From positions 64,001 to 128,000 of the IMG/VR virus record IMGVR_UViG_3300047160_036266: a stretch of 64,000 nt of DNA, one strand, 5' to 3'. Every line of letters begins with the position of its first letter. Position 1 is the stretch's first letter. Both the position numbers and the translations under genes were made by a program. Of this stretch, positions 38,672 to 48,277 are shown in pieces. The stretch comes from a virus (lineage: Duplodnaviria > Caudoviricetes). The notes beneath the pieces are model-generated. The model was not told the origin of the DNA. It searched no databases and saw only the letters and a list, made by a program, of their open reading frames with translations.

Positions 38672-41185
38672 TCAATCTTCTGAGCCGCCGTCCGTTCCTG
38701 GGTCAGCGTCCTCCGATCCGTCGTCGCTCCAGGTCACATCCGGCGAGTTCCAATCCCAATCATCTGCGTTTTGAAGCCGCAATCGACAGACATTTCCAAA
38801 AAGGAGACGCCGGCCAGAGTCGTCATGGGTAATAACCGACTGGCTAGGATTAGCCGTTACCACATAACGGAAACCTGTGGTTTGTTCCCAACAACCTTGC
38901 CTCACGACCTCCTGAATAATGTAGCGACCGGGCCGAACGTAGAATAGCAGATCGCCGTTCCTGTCCGTTTCGCCCACTATCCTGTCATTTGCCAGAATGC
39001 GCCATCCCGCCAGACCTTCCTCGTCAGGGTCCAGTTCCCCATTGCCATTACGGTCGTTGAACTTGTGAACCAGAATGGCCACCTTGATAGGTCCAGGCTC
39101 GGCACTATCATCGCCGCCGCCTCCTCCACTTAAATTTCTTGGCGGGCCAGTTATCACTGGCTCAAAGGGATTGTAGGGCGAAACCACAAAAGGAGGATTC
39201 TGATTGGGCAGATAAGGCAGGAGGGATATAATCGCGTAGAGTATCTTTATCTTTAGCAATGCTCGCAGAATGTCTCCCTCAAGTGCCAAGTCAGGGTTTT
39301 CACCTGGGGGTTTTTCGCCACCGTCTCCTGGGGGCTTACCACCGCCACCGCCACCGCCACCGCCACCGCCACCGCCACCACCACCACCGCCACCATTTTG
39401 GGGAATTACCACGGTTTGTTCGGTGATTCCTCCCTGGTCGTTAGTAGCGTGGTTATTGCTGTCGCCGTTATAGTGAACCGTCCATGTATATTTGCCGGGC
39501 ACCGATCCCAGGGTGAAGCCGATTGGGGTAGCATAGGTTCCATTGCCGTTGACCGTTACCGTCTCAGTGTCCACCGTATTACCGCCCGGCCCCGTCAGGG
39601 TGAAGGTGATTGTGCCAGTGGGCGAAAAACCGCCGGCCAGGATCGCTTTGTCAGTCAGGATGGCCGAGGCCGGCAGGGTCACTGTGTTGGGGCTGGCGTT
39701 CGTAACCAGCGTGGGGCTGTTTGGTGTAATCACTGCTCGCTCCTGTGCAGGATTACTGTCGCTGAGGCTGTTGTTGTTGCCGTCGCCGCTGTAGGTGGCG
39801 ACCCAGAGGTAGGTGCCAGCGCCCGCCCCTGTGAAGCCGATGGGCGTTGTATAAGTGCCATTCCCATTGACCGTGACCATCTCCGTGTCCACAGGCAGGA
39901 TTCCACCGTTGAGGAATAGTCTGAAGGTGATAGTCCCGGTGGGGTCGAATCCCCCGGCCAGGATTGCCTTGTCAGTTAGCACTGGAGCCGGCAAAGGGGC
40001 TGTGGCGGGGCTGGCGGCTGTGAACAAGTTCGGACTGGCCGGTGTAATGACAACCCGCTCCTGGGTGGGATTGTTGTCGATGGTTCCATTATTATTGGGA
40101 TCGCCGCTATAGGTAGCGACCCATTGATAAGTGCCGGCTCCTGTGGCTGCATTCAAGGTGAAACCGACAGGTGTGGTGTAGGTGCCGTTGCCAAGTACCG
40201 CAACCATTTCCGTGTCCACGGGCAGGATGCCGCCGTTGAAGAACAATCTAAAGGTGATGCTGCCGACCTCGAAGAAGCCGCCGCTCAGCGTAGCCGAGTC
40301 CTTCAGCACCGTGGGTGTGTTGCCCAGGGTGACGGCGCTTGGATTGGCGCTGGTGGTCAGTGTCGGATTCGCCGGACTTACGACGGTTTGTTCTGCGGTC
40401 CCTCCTTGGTCGTTGGCGGGACTGTTTGCGCTATCGCCGCTGTAGTGAACTGACCATGTATAGGTGCCGGCCACTGATCCGGTGATGGATATATTGGTGC
40501 TGGCGCTGTAGGTGCCGTTACCGTTGACCGTTTCGGTCTGGGTGGACGAGAAACCGCCTGGGCCGTTCAACGTGAAGACGATGGTGCCTCCAGGGGAGTT
40601 GCCGCCGGACAGCACTGCCGTGTCGCTTAGTGATGCTATGCTCATCCCCAGCGTGATGGCGTTGCTGGCGGTGGTTATGAGCGTGGGTTGGACCACCGCC
40701 AGAACCTTGAAATTGTCCGTCTTGCTGTTGTTATTTTCAAAACCGAAATTGCTGTGAGGATCACCCGGATTATAGTCCGCCACCGGCGTCAGCCACACCT
40801 TGTAATTCCCCCCTGGGTTGGGCGTGGTGCTAAAGGGGAAAAGACCCACCGTTATGCCGCCGAAGACCGAGACGCCGATAGCGTGCGTCGTGCCGAGGTA
40901 AGCGTCGAAAACGCCCGCTGCTGAAACATGGGCCTCACGCTCGGTGATCGGGTCGGTGGAAAGTAGAGTGGAGCCGTTCGGGTCGGTGACTTGAAAAAAA
41001 TAGTCGCCGCTTGGGGTGTTGCCCTGGTTGCTATTGCCGACCCGGATATAAACGTCCGACTTGTTGGCGAAGTTGTTGCCGTTGATCGTTGACCCATCCA
41101 CGGTGGTGGCAAACACATTACCAGCAAAAGAGGGGCAACATCTATCTTCTAACTGCTCAAGCCTTGGGCGGAAGGTATTTCGCAT
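38672..41185 (-). CDS. Planctomycete-type extracellular protein with tandem Ig-like repeats, poly-Gly linker and SdrD-B-like C-terminal domain
   Basis: N-terminal RPRLEQLEDR motif; about four repeats of TDKAILAGGF.PTGTITF.L...VDTE.VTVNGNGTY.TP.GFT...GTY.WVATYSGD.NN; KFNDRNGNGELDPDEEGLAGWRI. Confidence 0.8.
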   Translation of the reverse strand: MRNTFRPRLEQLEDRCCPSFAGNVFATTVDGSTINGNNFANKSDVYIRVGNSNQGNTPSGDYFFQVTDPNGSTLLSTDPITEREAHVSAAGVFDAYLGTTHAIGVSVFGGITVGLFPFSTTPNPGGNYKVWLTPVADYNPGDPHSNFGFENNNSKTDNFKVLAVVQPTLITTASNAITLGMSIASLSDTAVLSGGNSPGGTIVFTLNGPGGFSSTQTETVNGNGTYSASTNISITGSVAGTYTWSVHYSGDSANSPANDQGGTAEQTVVSPANPTLTTSANPSAVTLGNTPTVLKDSATLSGGFFEVGSITFRLFFNGGILPVDTEMVAVLGNGTYTTPVGFTLNAATGAGTYQWVATYSGDPNNNGTIDNNPTQERVVITPASPNLFTAASPATAPLPAPVLTDKAILAGGFDPTGTITFRLFLNGGILPVDTEMVTVNGNGTYTTPIGFTGAGAGTYLWVATYSGDGNNNSLSDSNPAQERAVITPNSPTLVTNASPNTVTLPASAILTDKAILAGGFSPTGTITFTLTGPGGNTVDTETVTVNGNGTYATPIGFTLGSVPGKYTWTVHYNGDSNNHATNDQGGITEQTVVIPQNGGGGGGGGGGGGGGGGGGGKPPGDGGEKPPGENPDLALEGDILRALLKIKILYAIISLLPYLPNQNPPFVVSPYNPFEPVITGPPRNLSGGGGGDDSAEPGPIKVAILVHKFNDRNGNGELDPDEEGLAGWRILANDRIVGETDRNGDLLFYVRPGRYIIQEVVRQGCWEQTTGFRYVVTANPSQSVITHDDSGRRLLFGNVCRLRLQNADDWDWNSPDVTWSDDGSEDADPGTDGGSED
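39340..39395. repeat. (CCA/CCG)n trinucleotide tract encoding poly-glycine
   Basis: accaccgccaccgccaccgcc... run. Confidence 0.9.
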
Positions 41186-41221
41186 ACCATATAAATTGTC
41201 CTCGTGTTGAAATTCTTTTAG

Positions 41222-41305
41222 TGCCCCCGCCAGGACTCGAACCCGGACTCCCGTTACAGGAACTTGGGCCTAAGCCAAGCGCGTCTACCCTTTCGCCACG
41301 GGGGC
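41222..41305 (-). tRNA. tRNA-Leu(UAG)
   Basis: GCCCCCG acceptor, CUUGG-CUUAGGC-CCAAG anticodon arm, long variable arm, GGUUCGAGUCC. Confidence 0.95.
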
Positions 41306-42364
41306 TTACGGTCGCCTCGCTGAAGCGACCCAGATGACCGAGTGTTTGGCGCGACTTGCCGCCGTGTACGCCCAGCGTTTATGGTCCCAGCGATCACACA
41401 CCTGCTCGTAGACCAGGATATTGTCCCACTCATCGCCCTGGCTCTTATGGCAGGTCACGCAGTAGGCGTAATCGAACGGATTGGGCGGCTCCCAGCCACC
41501 CTTTAATTCGGTCTTCTCCTTGCCGAACTGCTCCCGGTCGTACCGGATGTAGTAATAGATATGCCCGTCCGACTCGAAATCGAACATATCGGGCTTGTGC
41601 AGGGTCTTCACCACGCCCTGCATCCCGTTGAAGATGCCCAGGCGCTTGTTATTTTTCAAGCACATGACCCGCTCGCCCCGCTCGATGAGGGCCTTCTTGC
41701 CCAGGTGGTGGCGGATGCGCTCGTTGGTGTTGACCCGGAACTTATTGTAGGCGCAGATAATCTGGTCGGTGTTGGTCAGGTGTTCGTCCTGAATGTCACT
41801 TACCGTGCCGATCTGGACCTTCTGGCGTTCCGTGAAGGTCCAGGGCGAGCGGCCTTTGCGAAGGTGTTCGGCAAAGTGGGCGATCTCTCCAGCGTTGCGG
41901 TGGACCATCTCCAGTTTGTACATTGGGTCCATCATCAGGTTGAAGTCGCTGCCGACCGGCTCAAGCTGGCCGTGGTCGCCAACGTAGATAATGGGCAGCC
42001 CGAAGGACTGGAGATCGGTGTCCAGGTCTTTGCTAACCATCGAGCCTTCGTCAACGATGAAACCCTTCTTGGTGAAGTCATCCGGGTGGATAAGGTCGAA
42101 GTAGATGTGCCCGTCGTACTCGTAGGGCCGGTAGATGGTGCTATGGATCGTCTGCGCCCCGTGAATGCCCTTGCGCCGCAGGACGTTGGCTGCCTTGCCG
42201 GTGAAGGCACAAACGGCCCAATCAGAAAGCTTCTGGACCAGAACCGAGATGAGGGTCGTCTTGCCGGTGCCGGCGTAACCGCCTACCGTTTGGATTGCCT
42301 CGTTCTCCTTGTTCTGGAGAAGCTTCCTGATGATCGTCTTCTGTTCTTCGCTCAGGTCCGGCAT
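41306..42364 (-). CDS. Dda/RecD-like SF1B helicase
   Basis: GGYAGTGKTT, TIHS, VDEGSMV, VGDHGQL, YCVTCHKSQGDEW, YTAASRA. Confidence 0.9.
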   Translation of the reverse strand: MPDLSEEQKTIIRKLLQNKENEAIQTVGGYAGTGKTTLISVLVQKLSDWAVCAFTGKAANVLRRKGIHGAQTIHSTIYRPYEYDGHIYFDLIHPDDFTKKGFIVDEGSMVSKDLDTDLQSFGLPIIYVGDHGQLEPVGSDFNLMMDPMYKLEMVHRNAGEIAHFAEHLRKGRSPWTFTERQKVQIGTVSDIQDEHLTNTDQIICAYNKFRVNTNERIRHHLGKKALIERGERVMCLKNNKRLGIFNGMQGVVKTLHKPDMFDFESDGHIYYYIRYDREQFGKEKTELKGGWEPPNPFDYAYCVTCHKSQGDEWDNILVYEQVCDRWDHKRWAYTAASRAKHSVIWVASARRP

Positions 42365-42553
42365 GTTTTTCTTTCTCTCGAAACTTCCAGCATTTCTTGC
42401 AGTAATCGTACTGCGGCCAGTTCGGTTCCCCCAGGCCCGCCCAATAGAAGGTGTCCCAGGCGTGGCCAAAGGTAAGGAAACAAACCACCCGCCGCCACAG
42501 CGGCGGGTGGGGAACGAACAGGGGAGGCCAACAATCCCTGGGCCAAAATTCCA

Positions 42554-42949
42554 CTATTTCACCTTCCTTGGCGATTCAAACGTGACCTGTACCCCGCTGC
42601 TGCATTGGCCCTTGGTCATTTTGTTCAGCAGCCGACCACGGAAGTCGATGGTCAGTTTGATGGTGTAGTCGTACTGGCTGTAGAACGTACCGTCCATTGT
42701 CTCCTTGGTATACAGCACGTCGTCTTTGAAGGTCCAGGTGCCGTAATACCTCGTCGTGCCGAGGGTACAGTAGAATTTACCACCCGGTTGGAGGACATAG
42801 ACCCCGGTGTGGCCCCCGTAGTTCCACTGGAATTCATGTCCGGTAAGGTGTTTGGCCTCGACCTTGGGAATCGGTTTGGGTATTGGGGCGGGAGCAGCCT
42901 GACACAGCCCGGTGACGTACAGGGCGATGCCTACCAATAACCACTTCAC
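42554..42949 (-). CDS. hypothetical secreted protein
   Basis: signal peptide followed by APAPIPK. Confidence 0.6.
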   Translation of the reverse strand: MKWLLVGIALYVTGLCQAAPAPIPKPIPKVEAKHLTGHEFQWNYGGHTGVYVLQPGGKFYCTLGTTRYYGTWTFKDDVLYTKETMDGTFYSQYDYTIKLTIDFRGRLLNKMTKGQCSSGVQVTFESPRKVK

Positions 42950-42963
42950 GACTAACCTCCGTG

Positions 42964-43446
42964 TCAGATTTCGTCTCGGTATTTTTCTCCCACTTCACGC
43001 TTGATGTTTCCATCAGGGGTCTGCTTGAATGTTGTCACCCGCAAGGGCCGCTCACCCCTGGCCCACTGAAGTCCCTCCTGTAGACCACGGACGATCTTAT
43101 CGGCTACCGTCTGAGGCTCGCCCAGCTTTTCGCTGGCCTCCCACGCTTGTTCCAGACTGGAGCCGATCTTAGCAAATAAGTCCTCCGGCGAATAGCCGGG
43201 ATAGGCCGTGCCAGTAGCGTGATATTGCTCGGCCTTCCAGTGGCAGTTATCCTGGTCGTCGCCGGCGCAGAGTGTGATGCCGTTCTCCGGGACGTATCCG
43301 CCATTGGGCATGTCGTGGCGGTCTTCAATATGATGGGCGTCCAGTTTCTTGGTCTTGCAGCCGCACATGACGCACTGGTGGCGGTCCCGCTCGAAGCAGG
43401 TGGTGCGGAAGGCTTCACGAATCGCTTTCTTTTCCTGCTTGCTCAT
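42964..43446 (-). CDS. HNH endonuclease
   Basis: CVMC...LDAHHI...NGITLC...CH. Confidence 0.8.
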   Translation of the reverse strand: MSKQEKKAIREAFRTTCFERDRHQCVMCGCKTKKLDAHHIEDRHDMPNGGYVPENGITLCAGDDQDNCHWKAEQYHATGTAYPGYSPEDLFAKIGSSLEQAWEASEKLGEPQTVADKIVRGLQEGLQWARGERPLRVTTFKQTPDGNIKREVGEKYRDEI

Positions 43447-44164
43447 CGGGCTTCTCCTTGGTGCGTTTTTGCGCCGCCCAGCCCGGAAAGTCGCCGGGCT
43501 TGACGTGGTGACAGCCCTCCGTGGGTGGGTCAGCGAGCGTCAGCCCGCAGCTTGGCATGTGTTTGATCTCGCCGCCGCCGAACCAGATGCGATACCAGCC
43601 CGGCCAGTCGCCCTTGGCGACCACAACGCCCAGGGCGTCTCGGTTCCATACCCACTGGAGGAGTTCAAAATCCGGGTACTCCGGTTCCTTGATGACGACC
43701 TTGCGGCGCTTGCCGTCCTTGTCGTACATGCTCGGCCCGGCGTGGCCAGCAAAATTCAGGTCGGCAAAATAAGAACCGATCTCCTTCTCGTTTCGGATTT
43801 GTAGGAAGCTGCCCAAGGCAGCTTCCAGGTCGGCGGTGCGGTCCATGATCTTGCCGTTGTAGACGATCTCCCAGCCCTTGTCGCTGCCCGCCGCCCCGTA
43901 GGCGATCTCGCGCAGTTCCAGGCAGGAGTCGTGGTCCAGGCAGCCCTTCTCGGTGAAGGCGGGGCCGACGATGCGAATGACGAAATCACGTTGGCTCGCC
44001 AGCAGGGTGAGGATGGCGATTTGCAGCTTTTCCTCGTCGCCGGTGGACCAGTAGTAGCGGGCTATTTCCTTGTCGCCCTGCTTGTTGATGACCAGTTCGC
44101 CGGCACGCCAGGGGTGGCGGACGGTTTCGTAGGTTTTGCGCAGCGGCTCTCCTTGCGGTGTCAT
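43415..44164 (-). CDS. hypothetical protein
   Basis: ATGA coupling. Confidence 0.65.
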   Translation of the reverse strand: MTPQGEPLRKTYETVRHPWRAGELVINKQGDKEIARYYWSTGDEEKLQIAILTLLASQRDFVIRIVGPAFTEKGCLDHDSCLELREIAYGAAGSDKGWEIVYNGKIMDRTADLEAALGSFLQIRNEKEIGSYFADLNFAGHAGPSMYDKDGKRRKVVIKEPEYPDFELLQWVWNRDALGVVVAKGDWPGWYRIWFGGGEIKHMPSCGLTLADPPTEGCHHVKPGDFPGWAAQKRTKEKPDEQAGKESDS

Positions 44165-44577
44165 TTGGATTCCTCCGGCCATTCAATCAGGTCTTTGGTG
44201 GCGTTCTTCAGGGTTTCGTAGTCGATAATTCCGTGGTAACTGAACTCATTCTCCCCGGCCAACTTGCAGAACTCTCGCAGGGTTTCGTCCGACTCCATCA
44301 TGCCTAGAACTGTGTCCAGGTTCATGCCGTTGTCGTGCATCTGCTGGTATTCTTCAACCGGCGCTGGCGGGTCATCCCGGAGTTGCTGGCCGAAGACAAC
44401 CTCCTCGTCCACCATGACCCGCAGATAGCCCCAGCGGTAACGGGCGTATATTTCCTTGCCGTCCGCTGTCTTGCCGTTCCACGAGGAAGGGCAGCCGAAG
44501 CAGGTCTGCTCTACTTCGGTAACTTTGATTTTCTCAAGCGTGTCTTTATATTCTTTCATGACCAGTATCTTTTCCAT
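44161..44577 (-). CDS. hypothetical protein
   Basis: CFGCPSSW...IYARYRWG. Confidence 0.6.
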   Translation of the reverse strand: MEKILVMKEYKDTLEKIKVTEVEQTCFGCPSSWNGKTADGKEIYARYRWGYLRVMVDEEVVFGQQLRDDPPAPVEEYQQMHDNGMNLDTVLGMMESDETLREFCKLAGENEFSYHGIIDYETLKNATKDLIEWPEESK

Positions 44578-44828
44578 CGCTGCCACAGGGAGTGATATTT
44601 CTTCTGATGCTGCTGGTGGTCCTGCATCTCGGCCACGTCTGTAGTGTGGTAGCCGCAGTCCACGCAGGTGTACTCCTTCTCCAAGGTAGACCCGTCGATC
44701 ACCGTGCCGTCTTCGATGGGTTCACGGGAGTCGAACAGGAATTCCATCTTGGTGCGGGGCGGGATCGGACCAAGGTTGTGGATTTCAATTTCTGGCACCG
44801 TCAACCCTCCCGACGAATACTCTCCCAT
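44556..44828 (-). CDS. hypothetical protein with C2H2-like motif
   Basis: CVDC...H...H; start uncertain. Confidence 0.45.
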   Translation of the reverse strand: MGEYSSGGLTVPEIEIHNLGPIPPRTKMEFLFDSREPIEDGTVIDGSTLEKEYTCVDCGYHTTDVAEMQDHQQHQKKYHSLWQRWKRYWS

Positions 44829-45361
44829 TGAATATACTGCGGCGGAACCCGATCCGTCAACCAAACGCCGTTCTCCGACTGGAAGAACTTGTAGCCATCT
44901 CGGTGCATGTCTCCCGACCGGACCACCAGGATGATCGGCTTGCCCCGCCGGGAACCGACCTTGATGGCGGTGTCGGTATCGGGTGACAGGTGGACGTGGT
45001 GGCGATCCATCCGCAGCAAACCCTTGGTCTTAATTTCGGCCAGGAAACGATTTACCGTCCCATGATATAGTAGGGCCGGCGGCTCCTTCTCTTCAAGCTG
45101 GAGGTCAACGGGCGTTGAATGGCCCTGGTTGGCTCGGATGAGGGTCTGGGTTGAGTCCAGCGAAAAGCGCTTCTTGTCGTTGAGTTTGACGCACTCCTTG
45201 ATTTCTTCCAGGGTCACAGGGAAGTGCTTCTGGCGGGCACCTTCGATGACTGCGGCGATTGAAACCCACCCGCCGGGCATGAGGGTGAGGCCAAGTTCCT
45301 CCGGCTCGTGGCGAAGGTACTTGGCAAGGAATTTGCTAACACGGATGAGTTGAGGAGTCAT
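44801..45361 (-). CDS. kptA: RNA 2'-phosphotransferase Tpt1/KptA
   Basis: SKFLAKYLRH, KKRF, IRANQGHS, LYHGT, RHHVHLS, NGVWLT. Confidence 0.95.
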   Translation of the reverse strand: MTPQLIRVSKFLAKYLRHEPEELGLTLMPGGWVSIAAVIEGARQKHFPVTLEEIKECVKLNDKKRFSLDSTQTLIRANQGHSTPVDLQLEEKEPPALLYHGTVNRFLAEIKTKGLLRMDRHHVHLSPDTDTAIKVGSRRGKPIILVVRSGDMHRDGYKFFQSENGVWLTDRVPPQYIQWESIRREG

Positions 45362-45954
45362 CTGGCAGTATTCTGTTTGAGGTAAGTGCGAAGGCCGTGC
45401 AGCAGGGCGTCCAATTCACCCCAGACCGGCCATTTGACACTGGTGATGAAGCTGGGGTCGTCAGCCGTCGTCTTGGCCCATTTGGACCAGTTTGGACCGC
45501 TGTACGAACCAATGTGACGGTCGTTGGCGTAGGCGTTTTTGGTCTGGTAATCCCGATCCAGACTCCCGGCACAGGTCCACAGTCCTCCCCACAACACGCC
45601 AATGGCCCTGGCCCAGAACTCTTCCTCATTCTCTTTGGCCTGCCTGACAACATTGCTGTCACCGAGGCACAGCCGAAGGTCGCCCGTGTAGACGTTCCAC
45701 AAGCTGGGGTAGCAAAGAGTTTGATCCTTCTGCGTCATGGAGGTATTGCGAAACGCCAGGTGGATGGTCAGGAGATGATTCGTGGTATAACAAAGCGAAT
45801 AAACCTGCCAGGGAAAGGCGAGACGGAAATGCTCGTCCTTGTAACGGGAGTTCTCACTGCCAATACGCACAACCTCCCTAATGAAGATGGTGCGACAGGT
45901 GGGAGGGCGCTCAATAACGGCGATTCCCTGCTCGTAATAACGAAGACCGTCCAC
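45358..45954 (-). CDS. hypothetical protein, possible prokaryotic E2 family D-like
   Basis: FRLAFPWQVY...LCYPSLWNVYTG..LCLG resembles Prok-E2_D pattern. Confidence 0.4.
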   Translation of the reverse strand: MDGLRYYEQGIAVIERPPTCRTIFIREVVRIGSENSRYKDEHFRLAFPWQVYSLCYTTNHLLTIHLAFRNTSMTQKDQTLCYPSLWNVYTGDLRLCLGDSNVVRQAKENEEEFWARAIGVLWGGLWTCAGSLDRDYQTKNAYANDRHIGSYSGPNWSKWAKTTADDPSFITSVKWPVWGELDALLHGLRTYLKQNTAR

Positions 45955-45957
45955 GTC

Positions 45958-46284
45958 TTATCTCCCGAACAGGGCGAGCAGCGATAGTCCGACAAACAAT
46001 AGGACAACTAGCACCCACCATAGGGCTTTCCAGTTTGGGACCGACTTCGGCACCCACATAACCACATGGGGCTTGTAGAGCCGTTGGGCTTGTTCGTTGT
46101 TGATCTGATCGAGGAACACCTTGCAGTTGCCGCAGTAGTGTTCCTGAATGTCGTCCCGGTTGTAGCTGGTCATGCCACACAGGTGGCAGGTGATCCCACC
46201 GTCCCGGACGGTGTACAGTTTGCCCTGGGCGACGTACTGCCTCGTCGCGTCATCGAGATGCCGTTGAACGATGCGCTTGTCCAT
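45958..46284 (-). CDS. hypothetical membrane protein with Zn ribbon
   Basis: CHLC...YCGNC; C-terminal TM helix. Confidence 0.55.
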   Translation of the reverse strand: MDKRIVQRHLDDATRQYVAQGKLYTVRDGGITCHLCGMTSYNRDDIQEHYCGNCKVFLDQINNEQAQRLYKPHVVMWVPKSVPNWKALWWVLVVLLFVGLSLLALFGR

Positions 46285-46285
46285 G

Positions 46286-47464
46286 TCAGCTTCCGTAATG
46301 CACCCGCTCCCCGAAAATATGCGGCACGAAGCGGCTCATATTTTGAGTGATGCGGCTGCCGTCCTCTCGGATGCCAATGCCGCAGGCCCAGCCGTTGACG
46401 ATCCAACTGCCGATGACCGGGAAGTGACCGTCAAAGTTGGGCAACTCCCAAAGCTCTTGATAAATCGCCGGGCCGGTGTACGGCCCTTCGGTTTCCTCCA
46501 CCTTGACCCCATGCTCGAACACGGCGATGTTGGCCCCCTCACGGGCCAGGATCGGCTTTTTCACATAATCGTTGATGCCGTGAATCTCCATGTCGGTGGC
46601 GTCGAAATATGCCGCCAACAGGTAGGTGTTGTTGGGATACAGTTCCCAGAGCGTTGGAAGCAAGGCTTTATTGCTGAGCAGCGACTTCCAGGGCGGCTCC
46701 CACCACTTGGTCCGGGCGCTGCGCAAGTAGGGACCGAACTGCTCGCGCATCAGCCATTCCCAAGGGTAGAGCTTGAAGATTTGTTTGATCTCCCGCTCCT
46801 GCAAGTCCGTGAAGATGCCGCTGGCATTGTTCCAGCCCACGTCGTCAATGTCCAGGTACTCTACTCCGGCGATGGGGCCAAACCCGGCCTGCACCGCCAC
46901 GTCCTTGAGATACTGGACGGTCATGTAGTCTTCCAGGTGGCCCTTGAGCGCCGCAAAATAAAAGCGCTCGTCACCGACCTCCTTATAGATGGTCTGGAAG
47001 ACTTCCATGAGGCGGTCGTGGATGCTGTTGAACTGGTCGCCCGCCGGGTGGACCGCCTTCAGCCAGTGCCACTGAATGACAGAGGCTTCCAGCAGGGCGG
47101 TCGGCGTGTCGGCGTTATACTCAAACAGCATGGGGTCTTTGCCGGGCTGGAAGCAGAAATCGAACCGCCCGTAAATACTGTGTTCGTCCTCCTCCCAGGA
47201 GCGGATGATATATTCCTCGTAGCCCGGCGGAATTTGAAAACGCTCAAAGAGGTTGTTGTCGATGACGTGCTGGACGACCGCCAGGCACATCTCGTTGAGG
47301 GCGTAGGTGGCCTTCTCGATCTGGTCAATTTCCTGGCGGGTGAACTCGTAGTACGCCGACTCGTTCCAGTACGGCGTACCGTCTTCGGACGTGTGAAAAT
47401 ACAAGCCCTGCTCTTCGACAATCTTTTGCCAGTTCTCACGAGGCTGTATTTCCACCCGTTTCAT
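46286..47464 (-). CDS. glutathionylspermidine synthase family ATP-grasp protein (YgiC/YjfC-like)
   Basis: YWNESAYY, GRFDF, EYNADTPT, QFNSIH, EPPWK, KKPILAREGANI, IGSW, RFVPH. Confidence 0.92.
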   Translation of the reverse strand: MKRVEIQPRENWQKIVEEQGLYFHTSEDGTPYWNESAYYEFTRQEIDQIEKATYALNEMCLAVVQHVIDNNLFERFQIPPGYEEYIIRSWEEDEHSIYGRFDFCFQPGKDPMLFEYNADTPTALLEASVIQWHWLKAVHPAGDQFNSIHDRLMEVFQTIYKEVGDERFYFAALKGHLEDYMTVQYLKDVAVQAGFGPIAGVEYLDIDDVGWNNASGIFTDLQEREIKQIFKLYPWEWLMREQFGPYLRSARTKWWEPPWKSLLSNKALLPTLWELYPNNTYLLAAYFDATDMEIHGINDYVKKPILAREGANIAVFEHGVKVEETEGPYTGPAIYQELWELPNFDGHFPVIGSWIVNGWACGIGIREDGSRITQNMSRFVPHIFGERVHYGS

Positions 47465-47793
47465 TGCTTATACCTCTTCTCAACTCGGTCCACGATGTCA
47501 AACATGGTTTGCTCGTCGTCCGAGTCGGTATAAAGGGTCTTGAGGCCCGCTGATATTTCCTGCTGGCTGACGTGGAAAGCGAGGATTGGCTTGGGCAGGT
47601 CCAATAAAGCTCCCAGGTCACGGACGGCGTTTCGATAAGAATGGCACTCGTCGTCCACCACCCCAATGCGCAGTTCCCCGTCTCGGAAGGAGAGTGGCAA
47701 AAGGTTATACACCGTCGCCAGCGTCTCCGGTATCAGACAAATCGCTTTCCGCTGCGTGTTATGCGGTTCCTTCCAGGTGTCGTAGTGCTGCAT
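47461..47793 (-). CDS. hypothetical protein, T2SSE/MshE N-terminal-like
   Basis: LATVYNLLPL....ELRIGVVD resembles GspE/PilB N-domain. Confidence 0.4.
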   Translation of the reverse strand: MQHYDTWKEPHNTQRKAICLIPETLATVYNLLPLSFRDGELRIGVVDDECHSYRNAVRDLGALLDLPKPILAFHVSQQEISAGLKTLYTDSDDEQTMFDIVDRVEKRYKQ

Positions 47794-47796
47794 GGT

Positions 47797-48273
47797 TCAC
47801 ACCATGTCGAGGCCACCGACAGCGCGATAAAACTCGCGCCAGTACAACCGCCCGGCAAAGTTGGACGTGCAAAGACTGACTCGCTTGACCAACTTGCTTC
47901 CAGGCAAGGGCCGCACGAACTCTCCGGCGAAGTGGTGCATCCCAGGGCAATGGTTGAAACAGTAGGTCACTTCCACCGGCCCCTCCACTTCCCAACCAAA
48001 GGCCAGAGGGTTATAGGCCGCAGACTCCCGATATTCTTCGGGAATATAGACGTAGTTGCCGGCGTAGTCGTTGGGCTTGGCCGTGCGAATGACTTTGCGG
48101 TGGACTCGACCTTCGTTGTAGGTGACGATGCGCCCGTCGCTGGTGACAAGCGATTCCCAGCCGGTTTCGCTTTCCTCGAAAGGCTGGGTGGCCGCACGGA
48201 TGGGTTTGGGGCGGGGCAGGAATATGGCTCCGAGGAGCGCCCCGCAGAGTTTTAGGAAGTTGCGTCGGATCAT
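47797..48273 (-). CDS. hypothetical protein with Tat-like signal
   Basis: MIRRNFLK. Confidence 0.55.
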   Translation of the reverse strand: MIRRNFLKLCGALLGAIFLPRPKPIRAATQPFEESETGWESLVTSDGRIVTYNEGRVHRKVIRTAKPNDYAGNYVYIPEEYRESAAYNPLAFGWEVEGPVEVTYCFNHCPGMHHFAGEFVRPLPGSKLVKRVSLCTSNFAGRLYWREFYRAVGGLDMV

Positions 48274-48277
48274 GGTC

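Noticed and set aside
42222-42554. Small ORF upstream of the Dda-like helicase
   Set aside because: Extensive overlap with the helicase and a competing frame; cannot decide which frame, if either, is real
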